The notes under the pieces were generated by a model. It worked only from the letters and a program-made list of their open reading frames with translations. It did no database searches and had not been told where the DNA came from. Shown one piece after another: positions 24,637 through 32,000 of a DNA stretch of 32,000 nt. A program made the translations under genes and the position numbers. The first letter of the stretch is position 1. Every line of letters begins with the position of its first letter. The stretch is from Candidatus Saccharimonadota bacterium (lineage in GTDB: Bacteria > Patescibacteriota > Saccharimonadia > Saccharimonadales > Saccharimonadaceae), in contig JAIUPJ010000001.1 of assembly GCA_020160975.1 (NCBI GenBank), positions 210,001-242,000 of the forward strand, read 5' to 3'.

Positions 24637-25245
24637 TTAACGCGACTGTAGCGCATCAAGCGCCACGCCAAATCCTGCAAATACGCGCCAGTCCAAACTC
24701 TCCCATGCGGTATCGTCAATCTCTAGTACATAGTGGTCGCGCAGAAGTGTGGTTTTGCGATACGCGCCGACCACCTGCCCAGAAGAGCTATCAATAAACA
24801 CAAAATGATACTTGAAAAATGCCGTCGCAATCTCGACAAACAGGCCGATAATAGGCAGCTCGCCACCAAACCTTCTGACGATAGCCAAGATTTGATTGCT
24901 TTCTTTTACTTCAAATCGTTCGCTACCATCAGCATCAAACACTTTCCACGTACTATTCACGAGCGACTTCATAAACTCTTTCTTGAACATTCCAAGCGTT
25001 TTTCCGGACGCATCTTCGACAAAATACCGGCCGTGCACATCCATCACCTTCTCTGCCCGAAAGGTGAAGCTCAACTTGTCTCGCTTTTCGTCCGCATAGA
25101 ACATGACTTTTTCCTTAAATGCCAGACGCTTTTGCTGCGCAAGCGCCATAAGCGCATCCGACTCGCCGGTCGGCGCAGAAGAATAAATCTTGTACTTGTT
25201 GACAAAGGCTGTGATTTTCTGCTGAATAACTAGTCTCGGCTTCAC
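24637..25245 (-). CDS. LURP-one-related / scramblase-like (Tubby C-terminal-like fold) protein
   Basis: QQKITAFVNKYKIY..., AQQKRLAFKEKVMFY, LLRDHYVLEI and a C-terminal VALDALQSR pattern typical of bacterial LOR/scramblase-family proteins. GTG start with a GAGGAG SD. Confidence 0.6.
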   Translation of the reverse strand: MKPRLVIQQKITAFVNKYKIYSSAPTGESDALMALAQQKRLAFKEKVMFYADEKRDKLSFTFRAEKVMDVHGRYFVEDASGKTLGMFKKEFMKSLVNSTWKVFDADGSERFEVKESNQILAIVRRFGGELPIIGLFVEIATAFFKYHFVFIDSSSGQVVGAYRKTTLLRDHYVLEIDDTAWESLDWRVFAGFGVALDALQSR

Positions 25246-25373
25246 CTCTATAACTCCTCAGTTAGATACCCCTATCGTACCACATAGAGATCTTCTGATA
25301 GTGATGTTTTTCACATCCACCGATGCTCTCTGCTTCTATAATTGGCATCATATAACTGTAATGGAGGGATATC

Positions 25374-25667
25374 ATGATAAATCTACAAAATCTACTTGCA
25401 GAAGCACAAGCACGAGCTGATGCAAATGGTGACGGCAAGTTAAGCATCGACGATGTACGATCCCTCGCTGATGAGCATGGTGTCGATAGCAACATGGTCG
25501 AAGACCTCAAGTCGAAAATCGACCACAATAGCGACGACAAGCTCAGTATCGACGACCTAAAGTCAGCTGCTGAACACGCAGGCACCACCATGAAAGATGC
25601 AAGTAGTCACATTCAAGACACGATGCGCGACACAAAAGACAGGCTGTTCGGCCACAACAATATGTAA
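25374..25667 (+). CDS. Small protein with two EF-hand-like calcium-binding loops
   Basis: DANGDGKLSIDD and DHNSDDKLSIDD fit the 12-residue EF-loop pattern D-x-N-x-D-[GD]-x-L-x-x-x-D. GGAGGG SD 6 nt upstream. TATAAT at about 25335. Confidence 0.7.
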   Translation: MINLQNLLAEAQARADANGDGKLSIDDVRSLADEHGVDSNMVEDLKSKIDHNSDDKLSIDDLKSAAEHAGTTMKDASSHIQDTMRDTKDRLFGHNNM

Positions 25668-25670
25668 TAC

Positions 25671-25883
25671 TTAGCCGAGCTGACTTGTGAGTTCACTGGC
25701 GAGCGACAGCCACTCTGGCAACTTTTGCTCGTTCGACAGATTATCAGCTCCGCACTTATAAACGTAGAGCTGATTTTTGTAGATTTCAAATGAATATCGG
25801 TCAGCGTGCCGCTGAAGTATCGGACCAAGCACGCCCAGAGCTCGATCTTGCTCGGCTTTCTCAGCTGGCTCCGCCTCATGCAC
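25671..25883 (-). CDS. Hypothetical small protein (70 aa)
   Basis: ORF with protein-like composition (YSFEIYKNQLYVYKCG...). It has only a GTG start and no SD. It converges on the EF-hand gene with a 3-nt gap. Confidence 0.3.
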   Translation of the reverse strand: MHEAEPAEKAEQDRALGVLGPILQRHADRYSFEIYKNQLYVYKCGADNLSNEQKLPEWLSLASELTSQLG

Positions 25884-25956
25884 CGTATAACATCTCTAGG
25901 CCATTTTTCTCGGCGAACCTTAGCAGCCACTGACCTTTTGCGATGTGCATTTTCTG

Positions 25957-26106
25957 CTATACATACACACCAAACATTGCAGCGATGATAATTGCATTGA
26001 CAACCAGCATAGGAGTAAGCGAAGAAAGACGCATGCAACCGCGATCGAGAATACCAGTAATCAATATGCCATCAATAATCGATAGCGCCACGAAAAACGC
26101 GACCAT
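25957..26106 (-). CDS. Hypothetical 49-aa two-TM peptide (below the ORF-track cutoff)
   Basis: My hand translation is MVAFFVALSIIDGILITGILDRGCMRLSSLTPMLVVNAIIIAAMFGVYV. No clear SD. Confidence 0.2.
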   Translation of the reverse strand: MVAFFVALSIIDGILITGILDRGCMRLSSLTPMLVVNAIIIAAMFGVYV

Positions 26107-26237
26107 CACTAAAAATATTTCTTATCCGAAGGGGATAGCTGCGTGGCCGTCACTAAAGGCCGTGCGGATGCATCATGTGCTCTATAGTCAAAGTTACTCA
26201 CACGCTTTTTTATACCTTATCTGTTAAGCATGGCTGT

Positions 26238-26255
26238 CACGCTACATGTAGCGTG
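26238..26255. repeat. Perfect 18-nt palindrome
   Basis: CACGCTACA|TGTAGCGTG in an otherwise unassigned intergenic region. Confidence 0.8.
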
Positions 26256-26330
26256 CCCATATATAGCGTTCGAGTCACGTGGAAAAATCCCGTGGACAGT
26301 CTCACCTACACTAGACTACTGTTAGCAACC

Positions 26331-26361
26331 AAAAAGAGCTCGCTAAGTCCGAGCTCTTTTT
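26331..26361. terminator. Bidirectional rho-independent terminator
   Basis: AAAAAGAGCTCG-ctaagtc-CGAGCTCTTTTT: an 8-bp GC-rich stem flanked by an A-run and a T-run. It lies 16 nt beyond the stop of the 26377..26793 gene. Confidence 0.85.
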
Positions 26362-26376
26362 GCTGATCAATTCGCT

Positions 26377-26793
26377 CTATGTTGTGCGCTGCTGAGCAAT
26401 CTGCGACTTGATAGCTGCAAACAATAAGCCCAGCCCGACCGTCAAGAGGATGTGCCCAAGGCCCGCGATACCAGCCACTGCAGCACTATCAGGTACGCCG
26501 TTGACTTGCATCACCCCATGGACCGCCATCATACCAGCGGTCAACAGTAGGCCGCCGTTGTAGTGCCAAAAGAATAGATTGAACCACTTTGTCTTGCTGA
26601 GGCCAAAGCTCTTTTCGAGCACCATGACGAGCAGAAACATCACCATACCCAGCACGAGCAGATGGAAGTGCAACAGACTTAGCATCGTCTCGCCCTCAAA
26701 ATGCTTAATTTGGTCGACATAGATCCGCACGAATAGCCCAGCGGCCAGTCCAAGCACCATATAGCTCAGTGCTGCAGTGTATAGTTTCTTCAT
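26377..26793 (-). CDS. DUF2871-like four-TM membrane protein
   Basis: MKKLYTAALSYMVLGLAAGLF..., LLHFHLLVLGMVMFLL, FFWHYNGGLLL and IAGLGHILLTVGL. GGGGGAG SD. Confidence 0.65.
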   Translation of the reverse strand: MKKLYTAALSYMVLGLAAGLFVRIYVDQIKHFEGETMLSLLHFHLLVLGMVMFLLVMVLEKSFGLSKTKWFNLFFWHYNGGLLLTAGMMAVHGVMQVNGVPDSAAVAGIAGLGHILLTVGLGLLFAAIKSQIAQQRTT

Positions 26794-26805
26794 TTCTCTC
26801 CCCCT

Positions 26806-27189
26806 TTAGTTACCATTTTTTGGAATTTCTATCAGTTCAATGTCAAATACCAAATGGCTATTCGCCGGAATATTCGAAGAAGGGCTACGCTCGCCATATG
26901 CCTGATCCGCAGGAATGATCAGACGACGCGTGCCGCCAACCTTCATACCTGGTACGCCCTGCGTCCAGCCAGCGATTACTTGATCGAGCCCAAACGTGAT
27001 GGCCTTGCCAAAATCATGCGAGCTCTGAAAGATGATGCCGTTTTTTACCAGTGCACCCGTGTAATGCGCAGTAATCGTCGCACCAGGCCTTACTTCTTCC
27101 CCTGTGCCAACTTCTGTATCGATAATCTCTAGCTCTGACACCTTTTCTCTCGGCTCAAAGTTTGGCAATTTTGTACCTTCGTATTTCAT
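26806..27189 (-). CDS. FKBP-type peptidyl-prolyl cis-trans isomerase
   Basis: HYTGALVKNGIIFQSSHD...FGLDQVIAGWTQGVPGMKVGGTRRLIIPADQAYG...LVFDIELIEI. GGAGG SD. Confidence 0.93.
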   Translation of the reverse strand: MKYEGTKLPNFEPREKVSELEIIDTEVGTGEEVRPGATITAHYTGALVKNGIIFQSSHDFGKAITFGLDQVIAGWTQGVPGMKVGGTRRLIIPADQAYGERSPSSNIPANSHLVFDIELIEIPKNGN

Positions 27190-27196
27190 ATTCCTC

Positions 27197-28018
27197 CTAT
27201 TTGCTTATCTGTAAATACACCTTGCGAAATGTCAGCCCGAGCTGCACTGCCAGTATTGCTAGTAGTGCCCACAGTACACCGATGACAATGGGATACTGGT
27301 CGTTCCAGCCGGTTTCTGATACATGCTTCGTCAATATACCGAGATATGCCCAGACAAACACTGCACCGTACAGACAGTTGACATTGCGAATCATTCCCGC
27401 CAGCCCTACTAGCGCACCAATGATGAGCAAACTGCCTGTCCACAATACCGGAGACAATCCGAGGCCATCCCATTTGATAGAAACGAGCCAGGTGCAGATG
27501 TTTGCTATCGTCGCCACCGTGATCCAACCAAAATACAAGCTAAACGGATTTCGCACCATCATACGCTCGCCCACTGTCATGTCCTTGTCCTTCAGAGTTT
27601 CCTCAATCTTCACCAGGCTGTAGAGCATACCAATGATGAGAAGTACGCTAAGCCACAGTACTTCGTACTGCCATGCCAAAATCCACACACAGTTAAGCAC
27701 CGACGTTGCGATGAAATACGGCGTCATCGCCTCTATTGTCTCTGGCTTAAGCTTCTTTTGCCTGCTCTTGCCCATCCAGCCCAGCTGATAGACCACATAC
27801 ACGCCAAGCATCAGGTAGATAATTCCCCAGATCGTAAAGGTATAGCCCGCGGGAGTAAATAAGTTGACGTTTTTGTCAGAGATCGCTGCGGTATTCTGGC
27901 CGTTGAGCAGTGTCGTGCTGCCCGCCAAGCCATTGAGCACCAGCATGACCACAAACGCTACCGCTGCGATGATGCGTCGCTTCGTATTGACTACCGTTTT
28001 CTTTCTAAACCAAGCCAT
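27197..28018 (-). CDS. Multi-pass membrane protein, long TspO/MBR-related type
   Basis: Seven or more TM helices. NLFTPAGYTFTIWGIIYLMLGVYVVYQ and FSLYFGWITVATIAN resemble the long tryptophan-rich TspO-like family. The assignment is by eye. Confidence 0.5.
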   Translation of the reverse strand: MAWFRKKTVVNTKRRIIAAVAFVVMLVLNGLAGSTTLLNGQNTAAISDKNVNLFTPAGYTFTIWGIIYLMLGVYVVYQLGWMGKSRQKKLKPETIEAMTPYFIATSVLNCVWILAWQYEVLWLSVLLIIGMLYSLVKIEETLKDKDMTVGERMMVRNPFSLYFGWITVATIANICTWLVSIKWDGLGLSPVLWTGSLLIIGALVGLAGMIRNVNCLYGAVFVWAYLGILTKHVSETGWNDQYPIVIGVLWALLAILAVQLGLTFRKVYLQISK

Positions 28019-28065
28019 ACCTTCCTCCCTCGTTGATCTTATGTCTTTAGTCTACCATGTGAGCG

Positions 28066-28524
28066 CTACTCAACTCGGCTCGCAAAGTACTCTTCAGTTT
28101 CTCGCATGATAATTTCGGCGGTCTTCGGGCCGATGCCATAGAGCTCTTGCAAGCGCTTGCCAAATTCCGTTTCGGTTTCACTGAGGCTGATCATTAGCAT
28201 GAGCGAGCCGTCGTACCTATCTATCAGCTGCTTGCTCATCGTCAGTAGCGCCTTTGCCATGACGTGATTATAGCGAGTGTATTTCCCCTCCACCAGCAGG
28301 TGCGCAAGCTTGCGCTCTTTTGTGCTCATAATCGCCCACGGCGTATCAATGCCCTGCTCGATAAATAACTTCCAGGTATTTACTGCCACAGTCGACTGTA
28401 TCGGCTTGCCGAGCAGATATGCCAGCAAAAACCACCGAAACAAATCATCCTCACTAGTCATCACATCGAGCCCATAGTCTTCTGGGTGGTGTTGTGGCTT
28501 TGATTTCAACACTTGCCGCGTCAT
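28066..28524 (-). CDS. Helix-hairpin-helix (endonuclease III / HhH-GPD-like) DNA-binding protein
   Basis: LQELYGIGPKTAEIIMRE HhH motif. ATG 28524 overlaps the TfoX stop (TGATG). The listed 28575 start would run 51 nt into tfoX. Confidence 0.55.
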   Translation of the reverse strand: MTRQVLKSKPQHHPEDYGLDVMTSEDDLFRWFLLAYLLGKPIQSTVAVNTWKLFIEQGIDTPWAIMSTKERKLAHLLVEGKYTRYNHVMAKALLTMSKQLIDRYDGSLMLMISLSETETEFGKRLQELYGIGPKTAEIIMRETEEYFASRVE

Positions 28525-28868
28525 CACGTTTTGTCTTTCAGTTTTGGTGGCTGTCCCAGCGCATACTGTCGACACAAGTCAAGTAATCGCGGCAGGTTCT
28601 CTTCATCAAGTACGTCAGGTTCTGCCAAGCACCATGCCCGCATCGACTTGCCACCAAATTCAAAGGGCTTCATACCTGGCTCTGCCAGCAAAGCTTCGGC
28701 ACGTTCCGGCGTTGGCTTGACAATCAATTTATCGCCCTTCACCCCAAACGCCATATTGCCATTGATAAAATACCCCAGCCCACCAAACATCTTGCGCTTC
28801 GTCACCTCGAAGTCCCAGAGTCCGGTCTCCTCATCAATTCGCGACTCTAGCCCTGTATCGTACGTCAT
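28524..28868 (-). CDS. TfoX N-terminal domain protein
   Basis: RKMFGGLGYFINGNMAFGVKGDKLIVK is the TfoX_N core. ATG overlaps the upstream stop (TGATG). Confidence 0.8.
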   Translation of the reverse strand: MTYDTGLESRIDEETGLWDFEVTKRKMFGGLGYFINGNMAFGVKGDKLIVKPTPERAEALLAEPGMKPFEFGGKSMRAWCLAEPDVLDEENLPRLLDLCRQYALGQPPKLKDKT

Positions 28869-29851
28869 CAGGCTGCGATACCAAGCTCTCGAGCTACTGC
28901 GTCATCAATCTCAATATAACCCCTCTCCTTCGCTGCAGCATATCGCCTTCTAGCGTGCTCACTTGGCAAACGAATTTCACCGCCATCTCTTGTGCGGGCA
29001 ACTCTGATTTTGTCGAGCATATCAGATACATTAGCTTTCAATTCATCTCTGCCTACTGTCAGCTCGGGATCAATAGCGATAACGACCGTGCCCCATTCCT
29101 CCTCAAAAGTCTTGTTGTCAACCCAAGCCCCACCAAGCAGCGGCCCTGCTAAAGTTTCTATTGCCATTGCAAACCCAGACCCTTTGTAGCTCCGGTCAAA
29201 CGGAAGCAGGGCACCATCCATCGCAGCAGCCGGGTCAATAGTTGGATTGCCTTCACTATCAATCGCCATGTTTTCAGGAATTTCCTCACCACGTGCTTTG
29301 GCGAGCACCAAACCGTAAAACGTCATGGCCGACGTTGCTGCATCAAATACAATTGGCTTGTCGAGCGTCGGGAACCCGAAACCAATTGGGTTTGTGCCAA
29401 ACACAGGGTCTATGCCACCAAATGCCGCAGCCGATGCGGGCGAGCGGCTACACATAATGCCGATAAGGCCTGCGTCCGCAATTTGCTCCACGTAGTAGCC
29501 TTGGGCACCGTTACTCGAAAAGGCATTCCTCACCCCTATAATCGCAAAGCCATACTCACTTGCCTTCTGGATTGCGACCTCTGTTGCAATTTGAGATACG
29601 AACGGCGCAGGATTACGCTTCGCATCGATTATTTGCGAAAGTTTTGTATCCTTCATTATAGCTACTTCGCCCTGCGGTACGATATCCTGGATCGGCTCTG
29701 TGCCCATCATCTTGACGATACCTTGAGTAGTATTACCAGTCATCTCCGCCCATACAAAGTAGTCTGCTACTACGGCAGCCTGCTCAGAAGTTAAATTCTT
29801 TTGCAATATTCTCGCTATCTGCGAACGCAAGCCACTAATCGCTATGTTCAT
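28868..29851 (-). CDS. Ldh_2-family (malate/L-lactate/sulfolactate-type) dehydrogenase
   Basis: Family-typical layout: VADYFVWAEMTGNTTQGIVKM, GVRNAFSSNGAQGYY, FGTNPIGFGFP and SYKGSGFAMAIE. ATG 29851 has an AGGAAGG SD 8 nt upstream. Confidence 0.8.
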   Translation of the reverse strand: MNIAISGLRSQIARILQKNLTSEQAAVVADYFVWAEMTGNTTQGIVKMMGTEPIQDIVPQGEVAIMKDTKLSQIIDAKRNPAPFVSQIATEVAIQKASEYGFAIIGVRNAFSSNGAQGYYVEQIADAGLIGIMCSRSPASAAAFGGIDPVFGTNPIGFGFPTLDKPIVFDAATSAMTFYGLVLAKARGEEIPENMAIDSEGNPTIDPAAAMDGALLPFDRSYKGSGFAMAIETLAGPLLGGAWVDNKTFEEEWGTVVIAIDPELTVGRDELKANVSDMLDKIRVARTRDGGEIRLPSEHARRRYAAAKERGYIEIDDAVARELGIAA

Positions 29852-29897
29852 CACTCATGCCTTCCTGATATGTCTAGAAATAATATCTCCACGTGCC

Positions 29898-31187
29898 CTA
29901 CTGTAGTTTAGCTATATCTACTCGTGCCTGCTCCGTTGTATCCCGATCACGCACCGTCACGGTGTTGTCTTCGAGGGTTTGGAAGTCGATCACGATGCAC
30001 TTCGGCGTACCGATTTCGTCTTGGCGGCGGTAGCGCTTGCCGATATTACCGTTGTCGTCCCACATGACGGCGCCGTGCTTTTTCTTGAGTGCCTCATAGA
30101 CTTCACGAGCCTTGGCGACAAGCTCTGGCTTATTCTTTAGGAGCGGGCTCACGCAATATTTCACCGGCGCGAGGTGCTCGGGAAGTGCCAAATAAATGCG
30201 CTTTTCGCCGCCTTGCTCGTCTTCACGGTAGGCCGCCGACAGCACTGCCATCAGAGCCCGCTCGACGCCAAAGCTCGGCTCGATCACATGTGGAACAAAT
30301 TTTGTGTTCGTGCCTTTGATGGTATATTCCATGTTTTTGCCGCTGACCCGTGCCACGTTGCTCAGGTCAAAGTCAGTACGATACGCTAGTCCAAACAATT
30401 CCTCGCGGCCAATTGGAAAATCATATTCGAAGTCAATCGTGCGCTTGCTATAGTGCGCCAATTCTTCGGCTGGCACTTCCAGCTCATGGACGTTCTCAGC
30501 TGGCAGTCCTAGCGCTCTGCACCACTCGTGACCAAGTAGTCGCCATCTCTCAAATTCCGCTTCCCAGTTGGCCGGGTCGACAAACCATTCGATCTCCATC
30601 TGCTCAAACTCACGCGAGCGAAAGATAAAATCGCGTGGACTAATTTCGTTGCGAAAGGCCTTGCCCTGCTGCGCCAGACCAAACGGCAGATCAGGATAAA
30701 AACTATCGAGCACATTTTTGTAATTCGTAAAAATTCCCTGAGCAGTCTCGGGGCGAAGATAGCTCACTGCTGCGTCGCTCTCAACTGGCCCAACCATGGT
30801 CTTAAACATCATATTAAACGGTCGCGCTTCGCCAAACGTGCCCTCTTTGCCGCAATTAGGACACTTGTTTGGGTTGTCCAGCTTGTCTGCACGAAAACGC
30901 CCCTTACACTCACTACACTCGACTAGTGGATCAGTGAATGTATCGACATGTCCGCTCGCTTGCCATGCCTTTTGATTCATGAGAATTGCCGCATCAACCC
31001 CGTACATGTCATCCCTGCTATCCACAAACATATGCCACCATAGGTTCAAGATATTACGCTTTAGCGCGACCCCAAGCGGGCCATAGTCCCATGTACCGCT
31101 GAGACCGCCATAGACATCGCTCCCCTGATAAATAAATCCGCGCCGCTTTGCAAGACTGACGATGTCATCTAGTTTGATATCTGACAT
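29898..31187 (-). CDS. glyQS: Glycine--tRNA ligase (dimeric GlyQS type)
   Basis: RRGFIYQGSDVYGGLSGTWDYGPLG, FRNEISPRDFIFRSREFEQMEIE and IEPSFGVERA. ATG 31187 (GGAG SD 6 nt upstream) is preferred over GTG 31199. Confidence 0.93.
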   Translation of the reverse strand: MSDIKLDDIVSLAKRRGFIYQGSDVYGGLSGTWDYGPLGVALKRNILNLWWHMFVDSRDDMYGVDAAILMNQKAWQASGHVDTFTDPLVECSECKGRFRADKLDNPNKCPNCGKEGTFGEARPFNMMFKTMVGPVESDAAVSYLRPETAQGIFTNYKNVLDSFYPDLPFGLAQQGKAFRNEISPRDFIFRSREFEQMEIEWFVDPANWEAEFERWRLLGHEWCRALGLPAENVHELEVPAEELAHYSKRTIDFEYDFPIGREELFGLAYRTDFDLSNVARVSGKNMEYTIKGTNTKFVPHVIEPSFGVERALMAVLSAAYREDEQGGEKRIYLALPEHLAPVKYCVSPLLKNKPELVAKAREVYEALKKKHGAVMWDDNGNIGKRYRRQDEIGTPKCIVIDFQTLEDNTVTVRDRDTTEQARVDIAKLQ

Positions 31188-31262
31188 GTTTTTCTCCACT
31201 TCTGCATGTTGGCAACATGCTTAAAGAATTACTATCTGTAGTATATCATACATCGACTAGTG

Positions 31263-31940
31263 TTAATCGATTGCCGCCTGTTGCCTCGCCACTACCCAAC
31301 AATTCGGCAGCACTGCGGCAGTTCCGCCAATTTGCATGATAGTTTGAATCGGTTTGCTCGCCAAAATCCGCAGGAATTTGATATGGTGCGCATCGATATC
31401 ACCCTGCTCAGCCACCCTGAGCCCGCGCTCTGCTTGATCGTACATATACGTTTTTTCGGCATCCAGCGGCTGGCCACCGACATCAAGTTCTAGGTTTAGT
31501 TCATACCCCACCAGCTCGGCATAGTGGATATAAAACCATGCCTGGATGAGCTGTAGTGGTATTGTGGCCAGATCGAGCGCCATGAATACCTCGCTCAGCA
31601 CTCCATACCATTCCGGTTCATCGAGATCAGCGCTAGCTTTTGCTACCACGTTGACTGCTTCGTAACCAAATTGTAGACGGTCGTAGTCTTCCAAAATATG
31701 TCGATAAAACTGCACCAGCCGGGCACTGGTTAGAATTCCCATCTCGCCCCGGCCACTAGTAACGACAATATCGCTGATGCCAAATAGCTCGATGCCACCC
31801 GCCAGCTTGCTCTTTTCGCGCCTCACACCCTTTGCAATTGCCGTTCGCTGCCCAAGCGGCGTGATCATACGCAAAATTCGGTCAGCCTCTCCATAATTTG
31901 TACGGCGCAGCACAATTGCCCTGGTACGCTCTACGCTCAT
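31263..31940 (-). CDS. recO: DNA repair protein RecO
   Basis: TRAIVLRRTNYGEADRILRMITPLGQRTAIAKGVRREKSKLAGGIELF is a typical RecO OB-fold N-terminus. Confidence 0.88.
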   Translation of the reverse strand: MSVERTRAIVLRRTNYGEADRILRMITPLGQRTAIAKGVRREKSKLAGGIELFGISDIVVTSGRGEMGILTSARLVQFYRHILEDYDRLQFGYEAVNVVAKASADLDEPEWYGVLSEVFMALDLATIPLQLIQAWFYIHYAELVGYELNLELDVGGQPLDAEKTYMYDQAERGLRVAEQGDIDAHHIKFLRILASKPIQTIMQIGGTAAVLPNCWVVARQQAAID

Positions 31941-32000
31941 GCCACTATTCTCCGCACTGCCGCCACGGCATCTTCTACACCCATAGTTGTTTTGTCAAGG
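31937..32000 (-). CDS. 3' end of an unidentified upstream gene (last 20 codons only)
   Basis: The open minus frame reads ...LDKTTMGVEDAVAAVRRIVA*. Its TGA overlaps the recO ATG (ATGA). Confidence 0.4.
   Translation of the reverse strand, partial: LDKTTMGVEDAVAAVRRIVA

Noticed and set aside
25613-26038. A 141-aa minus-strand ORF spanning the 3' end of the EF-hand gene.
   Set aside because: It has a Cys/Arg/Ser-rich improbable composition and a TTG start, and it overlaps two better candidates in other frames.
31188-31262. A T-box or other riboswitch leader upstream of glyQS, including the hairpin GCATGTT-ggc-AACATGC at 31204-31220.
   Set aside because: The whole recO-glyQS gap is only about 75 nt, far too short for a T-box of about 200 nt or more. 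The hairpin has a 3-nt loop and no specifier or T-box sequence.
1-32000. CRISPR arrays, tRNA/rRNA genes, and transposase, integrase or reverse-transcriptase genes.
   Set aside because: I saw no regularly spaced direct repeats, no GGTTCGA(A/T)TCC-type T-arms with matching stems, and no rRNA-like conserved blocks. None of the ORF translations shows DDE, tyrosine-recombinase or YxDD motifs.

Overview
The window is gene-dense, uses the standard genetic code (long intact ORFs, with TGA, TAG and TAA all used as stops), and is about 50% G+C. Most genes lie on the minus strand. The gene content suggests a reduced-genome, Gram-positive-like lineage, possibly Patescibacteria/Saccharibacteria, but I cannot verify that here.

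Gene order:
- 1-6037 (+): the 3' part of topA, a sigma-70 region-4 / HARE-HTH protein, and a 936-aa TraD/VirD4-like P-loop ATPase.
- 6895-15466 (-): a compact dcw cluster, mraZ-rsmH-ftsL-ftsI-mraY-ftsW-murG-ftsQ, with no mur ligase genes and two unusually long internal spacers.
- 15795-19952 (-): an operon of a KwaB-like gene, GH1 beta-glucosidase, YvcK and a HAD-like protein.
- 20066-26110: an accessory-looking stretch. It holds a transglutaminase-like protein, a translationally coupled rnhA/P-loop kinase/Pif1 operon, an unknown 198-aa protein, an Excalibur membrane protein, a LURP-one/scramblase-like protein, a two-EF-hand protein and two weak small ORFs.
- 26377-32000 (-): DUF2871, FKBP, a TspO-like protein, HhH/TfoX/Ldh2, glyQS, recO and a partial gene.

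I recognised no rRNA, tRNA, CRISPR array, transposase or integrase.

Leads worth a second look:
- A 23/25-bp inverted repeat encloses a structured 192-bp insert between mraZ and rsmH.
- A phased GTGGGTA repeat array lies over the mraZ promoter, next to two perfect inverted DnaA boxes.
- A solo KwaB-like gene has no KwaA partner.
- The window contains a calcium-motif gene cluster.
- A 64% G+C gene remnant carries a perfect 15-bp hairpin.
- SD-less genes recur directly behind extended -10 elements.

No single complete novel system is demonstrable from sequence alone. All functional calls rest on motifs I recognised by eye.
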